From assembly GCA_963828495.1 (NCBI GenBank), contig CAWHFJ010000017.1, positions 20,342 to 84,341 on the forward strand: DNA of 64,000 nt. Reading direction: 5' to 3'. This document shows, one piece after another, positions 25,694 to 36,558 of the stretch. Source of the stretch: Candidatus Omnitrophota bacterium (GTDB taxonomy: Bacteria; Omnitrophota; Gorgyraeia; Zapsychrales; Fredricksoniimonadaceae). A program made the translations under genes and the position numbers. Every line of letters starts with the position of its first letter. The first letter of the stretch is position 1. Below the pieces are notes generated by a model. It made no database searches, was not told the DNA's origin, and was given only the letters and a program-made list of their open reading frames with translations.

Positions 25694-28600
25694 CCATTTT
25701 TCCACTACATCTTTGGACATTTTCTTACGACGGGCATAATCAATGACCTGGTCTTGGGCTATTTTGCCTATGGCAAAATATTTTGATTGGGGATGGGCAA
25801 AATAGAGGCCGCAGACAGCGGCGGTGGGAAACATGGCAAAGTTTTCGGTTAACGTAATGCCGGTATGTTGAGTCGCATCAAGGATTTTGAATAGGGTCGC
25901 TTTTTCGGTATGGTCCGGGCATGCGGGGTATCCCGGAGCCGGGCGGATGCTGCGATACTGACCTAACGCAATTTGCTCATCGCTTAAGTGTTCATCTTTG
26001 GCAAATCCCCATAACTCACGGCGTACTTTTTCATGCATGAGCTCGGCAAAGGCCTCAGCCAGGCGATCGCTGACCGCTTTGGCCATAATGCTTTTATAAT
26101 CGTCCAGGTCACCCTCAAACTCTTTGACCATTTTATCCAAACCAATGCCTGTGGTCACAGCAAACGCGCCGAGGTAATCTTTAATGCCGGAGGATTTGGG
26201 GGCAATATAATCCGCAAAGACAACAGCGGCTGGTCAGGTCTGACCATGACCTGTTGACGTAAATTACAAAGGGTAACCAATACTTCACGACGATTATCGT
26301 CCTTATAAAGTTCAATATCATCACCAACCGCGTTAGCAGGAAAGAAACCCACAACCCCGTTGGCGCCAAGACTTTTTTTCTTAATAATTTCATCTAAAAG
26401 GACATTCGCATCCGCATACACACGTTGGGCCTGGGCGCCACATACAGGGTCTTTGAGTATTTGAGGAAACTTGCCCTTAAGTTCCCAAACTAAAAAGAAG
26501 CAAGACCAGTCAATTTTTTGGCGGATCAAATTCAGGTCAAAATTCTTAAAAACTTTAACCCCCAGAAACGATGGGGGAGTGATGTCGGCTGTTTTCCAGT
26601 CAGTGACCAGGCCCTTGTGGCGGGCTTCTTGAATAGGAACAAATGTTTTAACAGATTGGCGTTGGGCATGTTCCCGGCGCAATTGTTCATATTCAGCCTG
26701 GGTTTTAGCTAATACATCTTTTTTTAATCGAGGTTCCATGAGACTTCGGCAAATGCCCACACATCGGGAAGCGTCCTTGCTATGGATGACAGGATGTTGA
26801 TAAGCCGGGGCTATTTTGACAGCTGTGTGCGCAGGGGACGTGGTTGCGCCTCCGATGAGAAGAGGGATAGTAAATCCCTGGCGCTGCATTTCGCCGGCCA
26901 CGTGCACCATTTCATCCAAAGAGGGGGTAATCAGCCCCGAGAGGGCGATCATATCTGCTTTGTGGAGTTTGGCTTCCTGAAGGATTTTTTCACAAGGCAC
27001 CATCACGCCTAAATCAATGATTTTAAAACCGTTGCAGGCCAATACAACGCCGACGATGTTCTTGCCGATATCATGCACATCGCCTTTCACCGTTGCCATC
27101 ACGATCGTTCCTGCAACTTTAGCATCCCGGTCTTTGGATTTTTCAATAAAAGGGCTCAAATAGGCCACTGATTTTTTCATGACCCGGGCGCTTTTAACAA
27201 CTTGCGGCAGAAACATTTTGCCGGCCCCGAACAGATCTCCGACTTTATTCATCCCCGCCATTAACGGGCCTTCAATGACATCTAAAGGACGCCCAGAGCG
27301 CCTTCGCGCTTCCTCGGTGTCATGGTCTATATACTCAACAATACCTTTAACTAAGGCATGGGACAGTCTTTGGTCTACAGGAAGACTGCGCCAGGAGAGG
27401 TCTTCGGTCTTTTTTTCTCCTTGAGATTTTACGGTTTGGGCAAAAGTAACCAGACGGTCGGTCGCATCCGGGCGGCGGTTAAATAAAACATCTTCAATAC
27501 GCTCTAAGAGATCGGGGGGAATTTGATCATAAATACCGATCATCCCCGCGTTGACAATGCCCATATTAAAACCCGCTTTGATCGCATGAAACAAAAAGGC
27601 AGAGTGCATGGCTTCACGCATAGGGTCATTGCCGCGAAAAGAAAAGGAAATATTCGATACCCCGCCGGAAACCAGACAGCCCGGGCAGCTGGCTTTAATG
27701 AGACTCGTGGCTTCAAAAAAATCTTTGGCATAATTATTGTGTTCTTCAATACCTGTGGCCACTGCAAAAATATTCGGGTCGAAAATAATGTCGTGGGGGG
27801 AAAAACCAATGTCTTTGGTCAATATTTTATAGGCCCTTTGACAGATGCTGACGCGTTTTTCGACTGTGTCCGCCTGGCCGTTTTCATCAAAAGCCATGAC
27901 TATGGCTGCCGCGCCATAATAGAGGACTTTCCTGGCTTGTTCTTTAAAAGAGGCCTCGCCTTCTTTGAGGCTGATAGAATTAACGATGCCCTTGCCTTGG
28001 ATACATTTAAGTCCTGCTTCAATGACTGACCATTTGGAAGAGTCGATCATGATGGGAACGCGGGCAATATCGGGTTCGCAGGCGATGAGGTTCAAAAAGG
28101 TGGTCATGGCCTCTGCGGAATTCAGCATAGCTTCATCCATGTTGACGTCAATGATCTGGGCGCCGTTTTCAACTTGTTGACGGGCGACCGCCAAAGCCTC
28201 ATCATATTTTCCGGCAATAATTAAACGGGCGAATTGTTTAGAGCCTGTGACGTTGGTTCGTTCGCCGACGTTAATAAAATTAGTGTCCTTGGTGACAATC
28301 AAAGGCTCAAGCCCGGAAAATGAACTCAATGGCCGAGGCTTGGGCAAATCCCTGGGGGGAAGCTTCTCAACAGCCAGAGCCATGGCTTGAATGTGTGCAG
28401 GGGTTGTTCCGCAACAGCCGCCGATAATATTGACTAATTTGCTTTGAGCAAATTCCTTCATAATGCCGGCCATTTCTTGAGCGCCCATATCATATTCACC
28501 GAAAGCATTGGGAAGCCCCGCATTAGGGTAACAACTGATAAAACAGTCGGCTATACGCGAAAGTTCGGCAATGTAGGCGCGCATATCTTGGGGGCCTAAG

Positions 28601-29299
28601 GCACAATTTAAACCGACAGCCAGAGGTTTAGCATGTTTAACAGAAATCCAAAAAGCTTCTGTGGTTTGCCCGGACAGGGTGCGGCCGGAAGCATCGGTGA
28701 TTGTCCCGGAAATAATCAGCGGCAGTTTGATGCCTATTTTTTCGCAGGCGGTTTCATAAGCAAAAATAGCGGCTTTCGCATTAAGGGTGTCAAAGATGGT
28801 TTCAATCAAAATGAGATCAACTCCGCCGTCAATCAGGCCTTTGAGTTGCTTCGGCATAAGCATTCACTAATTGGTCAAAATTAACAGCACGGAAAGCCGG
28901 GTTATTGACATCCGGTGAGATGGAAGCGGTCTTGGTGGTGGGGCCGATAGACCCGGCAACAAATCGCGGTTTATGAGGATTTTCTTTGGTGAAGTGTTCT
29001 GCCGTATTTTTAGCCAATTTCGCGGCGTTGAGGTTGAGTTCATAAACCAAATCTTCCATTTTGTAATCAGCCATGCTGATACGATTACTGTTGAAGGTGT
29101 TGGTTTCAATAATATCTGCGCCGGCTTTAAGGTACTGACTGTGGATGTCTTTGATAATTTGAGGCTGGGTCAAGGATAGGATGTCGCTATTGCCTTTAAT
29201 CTTGTATTGCTGGATCATCGTTCCCATAGCGCCATCGAGAATGAGAATGCGTTCTTCCAGAAGGTCATGTAAAATGTTGTAGGATTTTGAATAATTCAT
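25673..29299 (-). pseudogene. metH: Cobalamin-dependent methionine synthase, three frame segments (shifts near 26215 and 28850)
   Basis: Hcy-binding, pterin-binding, B12-binding ([10 protein letters not shown]) and AdoMet-activation ([12 protein letters not shown]) modules are colinear across ORFs 28829-29299, 26155-28863 and 25673-26158. Confidence 0.9.
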
Positions 29300-29433
29300 A
29301 ATTTAAAGGGTAAGTCAAACAAGAGGGGTTGTCAAACATTTTATACCCGAAAAAAATAATTAAAATTTATTCTTATTGTTTTCAATAAATTTGGTAATAT
29401 AATTAGTAATTAAACATTGAAAATTGGGTGGCT

Positions 29434-29808
29434 ATGAAACAGACATTATTGATTTTATTATTTTTAGTTGTTTTTGCATCCGGGTGCACTGTTTATCAAA
29501 TTGACTCCAAAGACACTTCCCAGGATTTTTATCCGCCTAAGACAAGCATCGATGATGTCGTTTATATGGAGAAAGTGGACAAACCCTATACCGAAATAGG
29601 CACAGTGACAGTCACGACCGAACGTAACCAAACCCTGAGTGATGTTTTACCTAAATTAAAACAGGAAGCTGCTGTGTTGGGAGCTGATGCTATTACGGAC
29701 CTTCAAGCCTCTTCAAGTGATCTGTGGAAAAAACTTAAGCCCCAACAACTTTTAGGCAATGCCTATATCCGCACCGATTACACTGCCAAAGCGATTGTTT
29801 GGAAATAA
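29434..29808 (+). CDS. Lipoprotein, unknown function
   Basis: Lipobox LVVFASGC after a hydrophobic signal. Confidence 0.5.
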   Translation: MKQTLLILLFLVVFASGCTVYQIDSKDTSQDFYPPKTSIDDVVYMEKVDKPYTEIGTVTVTTERNQTLSDVLPKLKQEAAVLGADAITDLQASSSDLWKKLKPQQLLGNAYIRTDYTAKAIVWK

Positions 29809-29820
29809 GGAAGTCAACGC

Positions 29821-30162
29821 ATGGTCATTCTCTATTTAGCTGTTGTCATCATAGCCCTTTATTTTGCCATAAAATTGTTGGCTCCTGAAATACGTAAACC
29901 CACCTTATCCATGGCTTCCTCCATTGCACCGCCGGCAGATAATGCCATTTTAAAAACAGAGAGATTGGAAATGATGGTGGAAGAAAAAAATAAAAGCATT
30001 GAACAGCTGCAGGAAGAATGTAAAGTTCTCCAGACCCAGGTACAGGATTTTGAAAAAGTCAAAACGCTGTTAGAAGAAGAAATTGAGCATTTAAAGGAAC
30101 AAAACCGCAGCATTAAATCAGGAGTACCCGCTGACCAGCCTAAAGACAATTCGATAGCATAA
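29821..30162 (+). CDS. Membrane-anchored coiled-coil protein
   Basis: N-terminal TM helix followed by a heptad-rich EEKNKSIEQLQEECKVLQTQVQDFEKVKTLLEEEIEHLKEQ segment. Confidence 0.4.
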   Translation: MVILYLAVVIIALYFAIKLLAPEIRKPTLSMASSIAPPADNAILKTERLEMMVEEKNKSIEQLQEECKVLQTQVQDFEKVKTLLEEEIEHLKEQNRSIKSGVPADQPKDNSIA

Positions 30163-30218
30163 ACAGCCCCGCTTGGGTCTTTAGACCCAAACGGCGGGGC
30201 CAATTGGGAGGAAGCTTT

Positions 30219-30779
30219 ATGATGCGTATTGGCCGTTTATTGCTTTTGTGTATGTTCGTTCTTGTACCATTTTCTTTAACCTATGCTCAACAGGAGTTCG
30301 GCATGAAATCAACCGTCGTTATTTTTGAAACAAATCAGGGGAACATCGAATTAACGTTATTCTCGGAAAAAGCCCCTAAAACCGTGGAGAATTTTGTCGG
30401 TTTAGTTAAAAAAGGCTATTACAATAATCTCATTTTTCATCGGGTCATTAAGAATTTTATGATCCAAGGAGGAGACCCCACCGGAACAGGGCGCGGGGGA
30501 GACAGTTTATGGGGAGGGACTTTTGCGGATGAAATTAATCCCAGCCTTGTCTTTGATGCCCCAGGCGTTTTAGCCATGGCTAACCGTGGTCCGGACACCA
30601 ATGGCAGCCAGTTTTTTATTACAACTGCGCCGACCCCGTGGTTAAATGGGCATCACACCATTTTTGGCAAGGTCACTCAGGGCTATGATATTGTGCAAAA
30701 GATTGAAAATACGCCAACAGGCCAGGATGACCGCCCCGTAGAAGATCAAAAAATTATTAAAGCTTATGTGAAAGAATGA
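30219..30779 (+). CDS. Peptidyl-prolyl cis-trans isomerase, cyclophilin type, secreted
   Basis: FHRVIKNFMIQGGDP and GSQFFITT motifs. N-terminal signal peptide. Confidence 0.85.
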   Translation: MMRIGRLLLLCMFVLVPFSLTYAQQEFGMKSTVVIFETNQGNIELTLFSEKAPKTVENFVGLVKKGYYNNLIFHRVIKNFMIQGGDPTGTGRGGDSLWGGTFADEINPSLVFDAPGVLAMANRGPDTNGSQFFITTAPTPWLNGHHTIFGKVTQGYDIVQKIENTPTGQDDRPVEDQKIIKAYVKE

Positions 30780-31488
30780 GTCAAAAGGCACGGCCTAATC
30801 TTGTTTTAGTTTTTTGCCTATTGGCAGCATGTTTTTTAGGAAGTGTCCATATATTGTACGCGCAAATCCTTCTCGGCCATGGCCAGTTTGCCAAATTCAC
30901 TGCTTCCAGCATTGACCCTTGTACCGGTACCACTTCATCACCTGCCCAGACGTGGGGGGCCAGCGCCATAGGGCAAACATGTGTGGGCGGTGCCCTATAT
31001 GCCGGCACGGGCTACGCTCCCCGCTTAATCCAGCACTCAGATACATGGTGACACCTAGCGGTTGTACGAATTCACCCACTCCGACGTGTTTGGGCGGCAC
31101 TGATAGTGTCATTAAGGCATGGGCGACAGGGAGCTATGCTAGTAACAGTACGTATGCAACGGATGTAACCAATGGACAGAACAATACCGGAGTCCTGGCT
31201 AATTTGTCACAGACAGGTGGGAATACCACACCCGTGGCCGCTTTTTGTTCAAGCATGCATTATGGGGGATATCACGACTGGTTTTTGCCTTCGAAGAATG
31301 AACTCCACTATGTACTTAATCTTAATAGTACTCAAAATGGCGGGAATTTGGGAGGATTTCAGCCGTTCAGCTATTGGGCGTCGACGGAGGACAGTGCCGG
31401 CTTCGCCTGGGTCCAGAACATCGGTGACGGCGAGGTCGGTGGCGTCAAAACGAACGGCGCCTACGTGCGTTGTGTCCGAATATATTGA
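30776..31488 (+). pseudogene. DUF1566 (Lcl C-terminal domain) secreted protein, frameshift near 31015
   Basis: Signal peptide in ORF 30776-31051. GGYHDWFLPSKNEL...YWASTE...AYVRCVR DUF1566 hallmarks in ORF 30919-31488. Confidence 0.6.
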
Positions 31489-31513
31489 CAAAACATTCAA
31501 AGTGTTGTATACT
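31485..31513 (+). promoter_or_regulatory. Consensus sigma70 promoter (TTGACA-17-TATACT)
   Basis: TTGACA 31485-31490, 17-nt spacer, TATACT 31508-31513. Confidence 0.7.
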
Positions 31514-31584
31514 TTGACTGTAAGTTGAAGGTCGATAGTGTTGTTCCCTGGACGAAGTGCGTTTAGGGGGTTTCAAGGACGAAG

Positions 31585-31623
31585 GCGTCCTTTATCTATT
31601 GGTAGATAAAGGGCGCTTTTTTT
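31585..31623 (+). terminator. Intrinsic terminator within the sigma-factor leader (or the 3' end of a ~100-nt sRNA)
   Basis: GCGTCCTTTATCTA-ttgg-TAGATAAAGGGCGC followed by T7. A competing GGACG-aagg-CGTCC hairpin lies at 31577-31590. Confidence 0.65.
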
Positions 31624-31645
31624 ATTAGCTAAATTGAGGGTTACA

Positions 31646-32161
31646 ATGTCTTTTGAAGAACTCATAGAAAGAATTACACCCAAACTAAAGGGGATCGTTT
31701 ATAAGATTCATACTTCTTCTGCCTTCTCTAAAGAAGACTTGTATCAAGAGGCTATTTTACAGCTTTGGGTTGATTATAATGATGGGAAGTTATCAGATAA
31801 AACAGACAGTTATGTTTTACAGAGCTGCTATTTTTATCTGAAGAATTATATGCGTACCCACCAAGATAAAGCATCTTTAACGAGTGTCAATATGCCTATT
31901 AATGAGGAAGGCTCCTCATTACAAGACGTTTTGTCAACGCCTCAAGAGGTATCTTCTGATGAAGAGCCTGATATAGATACTCTAATGGAAAAAGTCTTTA
32001 ATGATAGATTAAACCGGAAGGAAAAAGAGATCGCCTTTTTTTATCTTCAAGGATGGACCACACGGGAAATAGCCCAACGGCTGGGGATTTCCCATGTCAG
32101 TATAGTGAAATTAGAAGAAAAGATCCGGGAAAAGTGTAAAGAGTCAAAAAATTTTGTTTAA
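31646..32161 (+). CDS. Sigma-70 family (ECF-like) RNA polymerase sigma factor
   Basis: Region 2 (DLYQEAILQLW) and region 4 HTH (TTREIAQRLGISHVSIVKLEEKIREK). Confidence 0.75.
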   Translation: MSFEELIERITPKLKGIVYKIHTSSAFSKEDLYQEAILQLWVDYNDGKLSDKTDSYVLQSCYFYLKNYMRTHQDKASLTSVNMPINEEGSSLQDVLSTPQEVSSDEEPDIDTLMEKVFNDRLNRKEKEIAFFYLQGWTTREIAQRLGISHVSIVKLEEKIREKCKESKNFV

Positions 32162-32233
32162 AGTGGTTACCAAACCACGGTTTTCTTACTTGTATTGGTG
32201 TAAAGCACACGCACTGATGCGTAACTGACACTG

Positions 32234-32272
32234 GCGTCTTTCATTCAAGATTGAATGTAAGGCGCTTTTTTT
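32234..32272 (+). terminator. Intrinsic terminator after the sigma-factor gene, related in sequence to 31585-31623
   Basis: GCGTCTTTCATTCAA...TTGAATGTAAGGCGC followed by T7. Confidence 0.6.
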
Positions 32273-32335
32273 ATGGAAACGGCACAAATCTGAAATAGTT
32301 AAAAGGTTGCATTTATTAAGGAAGGAAGGTGTTGA

Positions 32336-34225
32336 ATGGCTACAGTAGATTTAACAAAACCGACAATCAAACCTACTCTTGGATTGGTGGGAGCTACGGT
32401 AAATGCTATGGCGCTCATCGCTCCGGGGGCATTTTTGTGGATTACGTATCAGTTGCAAGCATCAGCGACTGCACCGGACGGGAGCTCGGTCGCCAGTGAT
32501 ATTTGGGCGGGTATTATAGTAGCATTGGTCGTGGCTTTCTTATCTGCAATTTCTTATGCGGAGCTTGCCGGCATTTATCCGGAGGCGGGTTTTAAAAGTG
32601 TTTGTTATTTCGTGGAAAAGACTTTTACTAAACCAGCGGTCAAGAAAGCAGATGGATCTGTTGAAACGAAAGACTCTCCTTTTACCGGCAAGCGTTTTGC
32701 CAAGCTAATTACTGCATGGAGTGCGCATCTTTTCTATTGGGTGTATCCGGGCGTCATGGTGGCCATGATGGCTATGTTAATTGGCTACATATATACACAG
32801 TTTACCGGTAAAACCTTTACTAATCCTGAGCTTGTTGGTATTGGAGTAGTGTTTACATTTGTTTGTGCCTATATTGCGTATCGCGGGATCACCGGATCAA
32901 CCTTGACCTCTCTTTGGATCAATGGGATCCAGCTTGTTTCGCTTGTTATCTTTAGCGGGTTGGCCATTTGGTATCGTGTGGCAAATCCACAACATGCGGC
33001 AAATTGGTCGTTTACCGGTGCTTTTGATATTGTTCGTCCGCATTCGTTAATGGGCGTTATGGTCGAATCAACGATCGCTATATTAATTCTGGTTGGTTTT
33101 GAAAGCTGTACAGCACTTGCCGCAGAAACCAAAGAGCCTCAGAAAAACATTCCCAAAGCGATTATTTTGGCTTTAGTTATTCAGGGATTGTTTGCTTATT
33201 TGTTTGAATATTTTTGTACGGGATTAATGATCAGCGATAAGCTTGTTGGGACCGCTGCGGGAAAAGCAGTTATGGGGCTTGATGCCGCGGCTGCCTCGAG
33301 TGCGCCTATCGGCGATTTGGCAAAACTCTTAGGAGACAACTTATTAGGAGGGTTCGGGTTTGGTTTGATGATCACCATCGCCATTACCGTTGCCATCGCG
33401 ATCATCGGGACCACATTAAGCTGCATGAATACCGCTGTGCGCATCAGCTGTGCCATGGCCGAAGATAGAGAGTTCCCTGAATTATTAGGGTTTATGCATG
33501 GGGAGTTCAGCACGCCTCATGTGGCCATTTGGGTATTGGCCGTCATTTCCTCTATTATCGGGGGTATCGGTGTGTGGTCAGTCGTGGGCCTAACAGGTAT
33601 TACGTTGGCATCAAACCTGGGGACATTTATCCTTTACGGGATGACCTGTTTGACCGCTTTTATTGCTTTTAAGAAAAGAGTGGATTTTAATGTATTTAAA
33701 CATGGCTTTGTGCCTTTATTGGGGTTTTTTTCCAATATTATCATGGTCGCTGCCATTCTTTATTTGTACATCATCGGTAATAATGATGCCAAAAATGAGG
33801 CATGGATATGCTTTGGTATCGCCGGCGCATGGGCTTTTATAAGCTTGTTTTATGTCGCTGTGACAACCATGAACAAATCCTATCACTTAAAAATGGTCTC
33901 GGCCATTATCCGACCGGAATACCTTAATTTGGTGGTTGAAGCTCTGCGCCAGGAAGACTATATTATGGGCATGACAGTCACCAAGGTCAGAGGTTTTGGC
34001 CGGCAAAAAGGTAGTGCCCTTGGGGATATGGATCATGACACCATTAACTTTCTTCCCAAAGTGAAGGTGGATGTCGTGGTTAAAGAGTGGGATGTCCCTG
34101 CTGTTATGGATATTATTAGTGAAGGGGCGCGCACAGGCAATGTCGGTGACGGAAAAATTTTCGTTATCGATGCATCCCAAGCCAGGCGCATCCGTACCGC
34201 CGATGATGGCGTTTGGGCTATATAA
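32336..34225 (+). CDS. APC-family permease fused to a C-terminal P-II (GlnB-like) domain
   Basis: About 12 TM segments of amino-acid/polyamine permease type. The last ~110 aa are KMVSAIIRPE...VRGFGRQKG...GDGKIFVIDASQARRIRT, which is the P-II fold. Confidence 0.75.
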   Translation: MATVDLTKPTIKPTLGLVGATVNAMALIAPGAFLWITYQLQASATAPDGSSVASDIWAGIIVALVVAFLSAISYAELAGIYPEAGFKSVCYFVEKTFTKPAVKKADGSVETKDSPFTGKRFAKLITAWSAHLFYWVYPGVMVAMMAMLIGYIYTQFTGKTFTNPELVGIGVVFTFVCAYIAYRGITGSTLTSLWINGIQLVSLVIFSGLAIWYRVANPQHAANWSFTGAFDIVRPHSLMGVMVESTIAILILVGFESCTALAAETKEPQKNIPKAIILALVIQGLFAYLFEYFCTGLMISDKLVGTAAGKAVMGLDAAAASSAPIGDLAKLLGDNLLGGFGFGLMITIAITVAIAIIGTTLSCMNTAVRISCAMAEDREFPELLGFMHGEFSTPHVAIWVLAVISSIIGGIGVWSVVGLTGITLASNLGTFILYGMTCLTAFIAFKKRVDFNVFKHGFVPLLGFFSNIIMVAAILYLYIIGNNDAKNEAWICFGIAGAWAFISLFYVAVTTMNKSYHLKMVSAIIRPEYLNLVVEALRQEDYIMGMTVTKVRGFGRQKGSALGDMDHDTINFLPKVKVDVVVKEWDVPAVMDIISEGARTGNVGDGKIFVIDASQARRIRTADDGVWAI

Positions 34226-34294
34226 AATTTTCCTCCCTTATTTCCCTCCCCCTTGTGGGGAGGGTTAGGGAGGGGGGAAACAATGGAGGGTGCT

Positions 34295-34633
34295 ATGAAA
34301 AAAATAGAAGCGATCGTTCGACCGGCCAAAGTGGGTGATGTTTGTAAGATGTTGCATAAAGTCGGTCATCCCGGCTTAATGATCACCGAGATTGAAGGCC
34401 ATGGCAAACAAAAAGGCATGACCAAAACACTGCGCGGCAAGGAGTATACGATCGAATTTATGACTAAAACAAAGATTGACATTGTGGCCAAGGACGAGGA
34501 GGTAGAGAACCTGGTCCAGGCTATTCGCAAAGCGGCTTACACAGGTGAAGTCGGTGATGGAAAGATATTTATTTCATCTGTTGAGGACGCCATAAGAATT
34601 CGCACCGGAGAAAAGGGTTCCGTTGTGTTATAA
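34295..34633 (+). CDS. Nitrogen regulatory protein P-II
   Basis: MKKIEAIVRP...GHGKQKG...GKEY (T-loop Tyr)...GDGKIFISSVEDAIRIRTGE. An alternative start is at 34283. Confidence 0.85.
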   Translation: MKKIEAIVRPAKVGDVCKMLHKVGHPGLMITEIEGHGKQKGMTKTLRGKEYTIEFMTKTKIDIVAKDEEVENLVQAIRKAAYTGEVGDGKIFISSVEDAIRIRTGEKGSVVL

Positions 34634-34798
34634 GGATCAACGCCATGGTCAAGTCAGACAAAGGTGTTTTATTAAAAAAAATACAAAGGACCCTTCATCA
34701 AAGGAAGCTCAAGGGGCTTGAAGCATTAGTCCAGCGGTATTTTTTAATAATTAATAAGGCTATGAGGGGTGGGAAATAGCGAAAAGTACTGACAGACA

Positions 34799-36181
34799 CT
34801 ACTTTTGACTGTTTTTGAATTCCGCGACCAAGGCTTGTACGGTTTGTTTGGCGTCGCCAAAAATCATGCGGCAATTATCATAATAGAATAACTCATTTTC
34901 AATGCCGGCAAAACCGGTGGCCATGGAACGCTTGAGCACAAAAACGGTTTTAGCTTTGTCTGCGTTGATGATGGGCATGCCGTAAATGGGGCTTGATTTA
35001 TCGTGGCGTGAGGCGGGATTAACGACGTCATTGGCGCCTATAACAATCGCCACATCCACACTTTCCATCAAAGGATTAATGGCATCCATTTCCATTAACT
35101 GGTCATAAGAAATGTTCGCTTCGGCCAACAGGACATTCATGTGTCCGGGCATACGGCCTGCTACAGGGTGAATAGCATATTTGACATCACAGCCATTTTT
35201 TTCCAGAAATTCGCCTAATTCCCTCACCGCGTGCTGGGCCTGGGCCACGGCCAAACCATAACCCGGAATAATCACGACGGATTTAGCATTTTCCAAGATT
35301 AAAAAAGCATCTTCTACGGAAATGGATTTGGCTTCTTTCTTTTCTGCGGTCGCGCTTTTTTTAACCACACTGCCGAAAGCACCGAAGAGCACATTGGCAA
35401 TCGAACGGTTCATGGCTTTACACATAATAATACTTAAGATCATACCGTTAGCGCCGACCAAGGAACCCACGACAATCAAAAGGGTATTATGAATAACAAA
35501 ACCGGTCGTACAGGCCACCACCCCTGAATAGCTGTTTAAGACAGAAATGACCACCGGCATATCCGCACCGCCGATGGGTATGACCATAAAAATACCGAAA
35601 AAGCAAGACAATCCGAGAATCGCTAAAAACAGGTCATATCGGGACGGCTGCATAATAAACATAAGGCCAAGAATGAGAATCGCGGTAATTATGGCTGTGT
35701 TTAGCCATTTTTGGCCGGTAAATAAAATCGGTTTGCCGGGGACATTTCCGCTCAATTTACCCCAGGCAATAACACTGCCGGTAAATGTCAAGCCGCCGAT
35801 GACAATGGATAAATACAGGGTAATGGTATTGGTTAAATCAGTAGCGCCATTGACACGATAGGCTATCCAGCTGATAAAGACACTGGCCAAGGCCCCGCAA
35901 CCATGTAAAAGAGCGATCATTTCCGGCATCTGGGTCATGGCCGCTTTAAAAGCGACTAGAGCGCCTAAGCTTGCTCCGATAACAATGCCTATGAGAATCC
36001 ATTGAAAATTGATGATATGTCCGTTGACCAAGGTGGCCACGATGGCTAAAAACATCCCTGAGGCAGAGAGCATGTTCCCACGGCGGGCGCTGACAGGGGA
36101 GCCTAAGAATTTTAACCCGAAAGCAAATAAAACAGAACTGATGATGTAAATCAAATTCATGAGAGATTCATTATTCATCAA
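34799..36181 (-). CDS. pntB: NAD(P) transhydrogenase subunit beta
   Basis: Multi-TM N-terminal part and C-terminal dIII domain (PGYGLAVAQAQH, GANDVVNP). Confidence 0.9.
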   Translation of the reverse strand: MMNNESLMNLIYIISSVLFAFGLKFLGSPVSARRGNMLSASGMFLAIVATLVNGHIINFQWILIGIVIGASLGALVAFKAAMTQMPEMIALLHGCGALASVFISWIAYRVNGATDLTNTITLYLSIVIGGLTFTGSVIAWGKLSGNVPGKPILFTGQKWLNTAIITAILILGLMFIMQPSRYDLFLAILGLSCFFGIFMVIPIGGADMPVVISVLNSYSGVVACTTGFVIHNTLLIVVGSLVGANGMILSIIMCKAMNRSIANVLFGAFGSVVKKSATAEKKEAKSISVEDAFLILENAKSVVIIPGYGLAVAQAQHAVRELGEFLEKNGCDVKYAIHPVAGRMPGHMNVLLAEANISYDQLMEMDAINPLMESVDVAIVIGANDVVNPASRHDKSSPIYGMPIINADKAKTVFVLKRSMATGFAGIENELFYYDNCRMIFGDAKQTVQALVAEFKNSQK

Positions 36182-36480
36182 TTATCCCTTTTTCTTGAAC
36201 ATTTTAAGCATGCGTTCGGTGACTAAATAACCACCGACCACGTTAAATGTGGCCAAAGCCACTGCCGAGGTCCCTAAAATAATGGTCAAAGGGCTATTGG
36301 CTTGACGCCGGCGGAAATCAAGGCGCCGATAACGATAATCCCGCAAATAGCATTGGCTTCAGACATCAAAGGCGTATGCAAGAGCGGCGGCACGCGTGAA
36401 ATCAGCGCAAAGCCTAGAAAGACGGAGAGTACTAAAATAAAGAGTAGGTAGATTAATTCCATATTAATAATCTCCTTCAT
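36182..36480 (-). pseudogene. pntAB: NAD(P) transhydrogenase subunit alpha part 2, frameshift near 36290
   Basis: HTPLMSEANAICGIIVIGA sits in one frame and TIILGTSAVALATFNVVGGYLVTERMLKMFKKKG in another. Confidence 0.75.
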
Positions 36481-36558
36481 CCTGAGCGCAGCGAAGAATC
36501 TTTAGATTATCTAGATCGGCCTCAGATCCTCGGACATTGCTCCTGTCGTTTACATGGG

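Noticed and set aside
34645-34779. 44-codon ORF (MVKSDKGVLLKKIQRTLHQRKLKGLEALVQRYF...) with an AAGGA upstream, in the convergent gap between the P-II gene and pntB
   Set aside because: It has no recognisable family and sits in an AT-rich terminator-like region. Short basic ORFs of this kind arise easily by chance. It was noted but not called.
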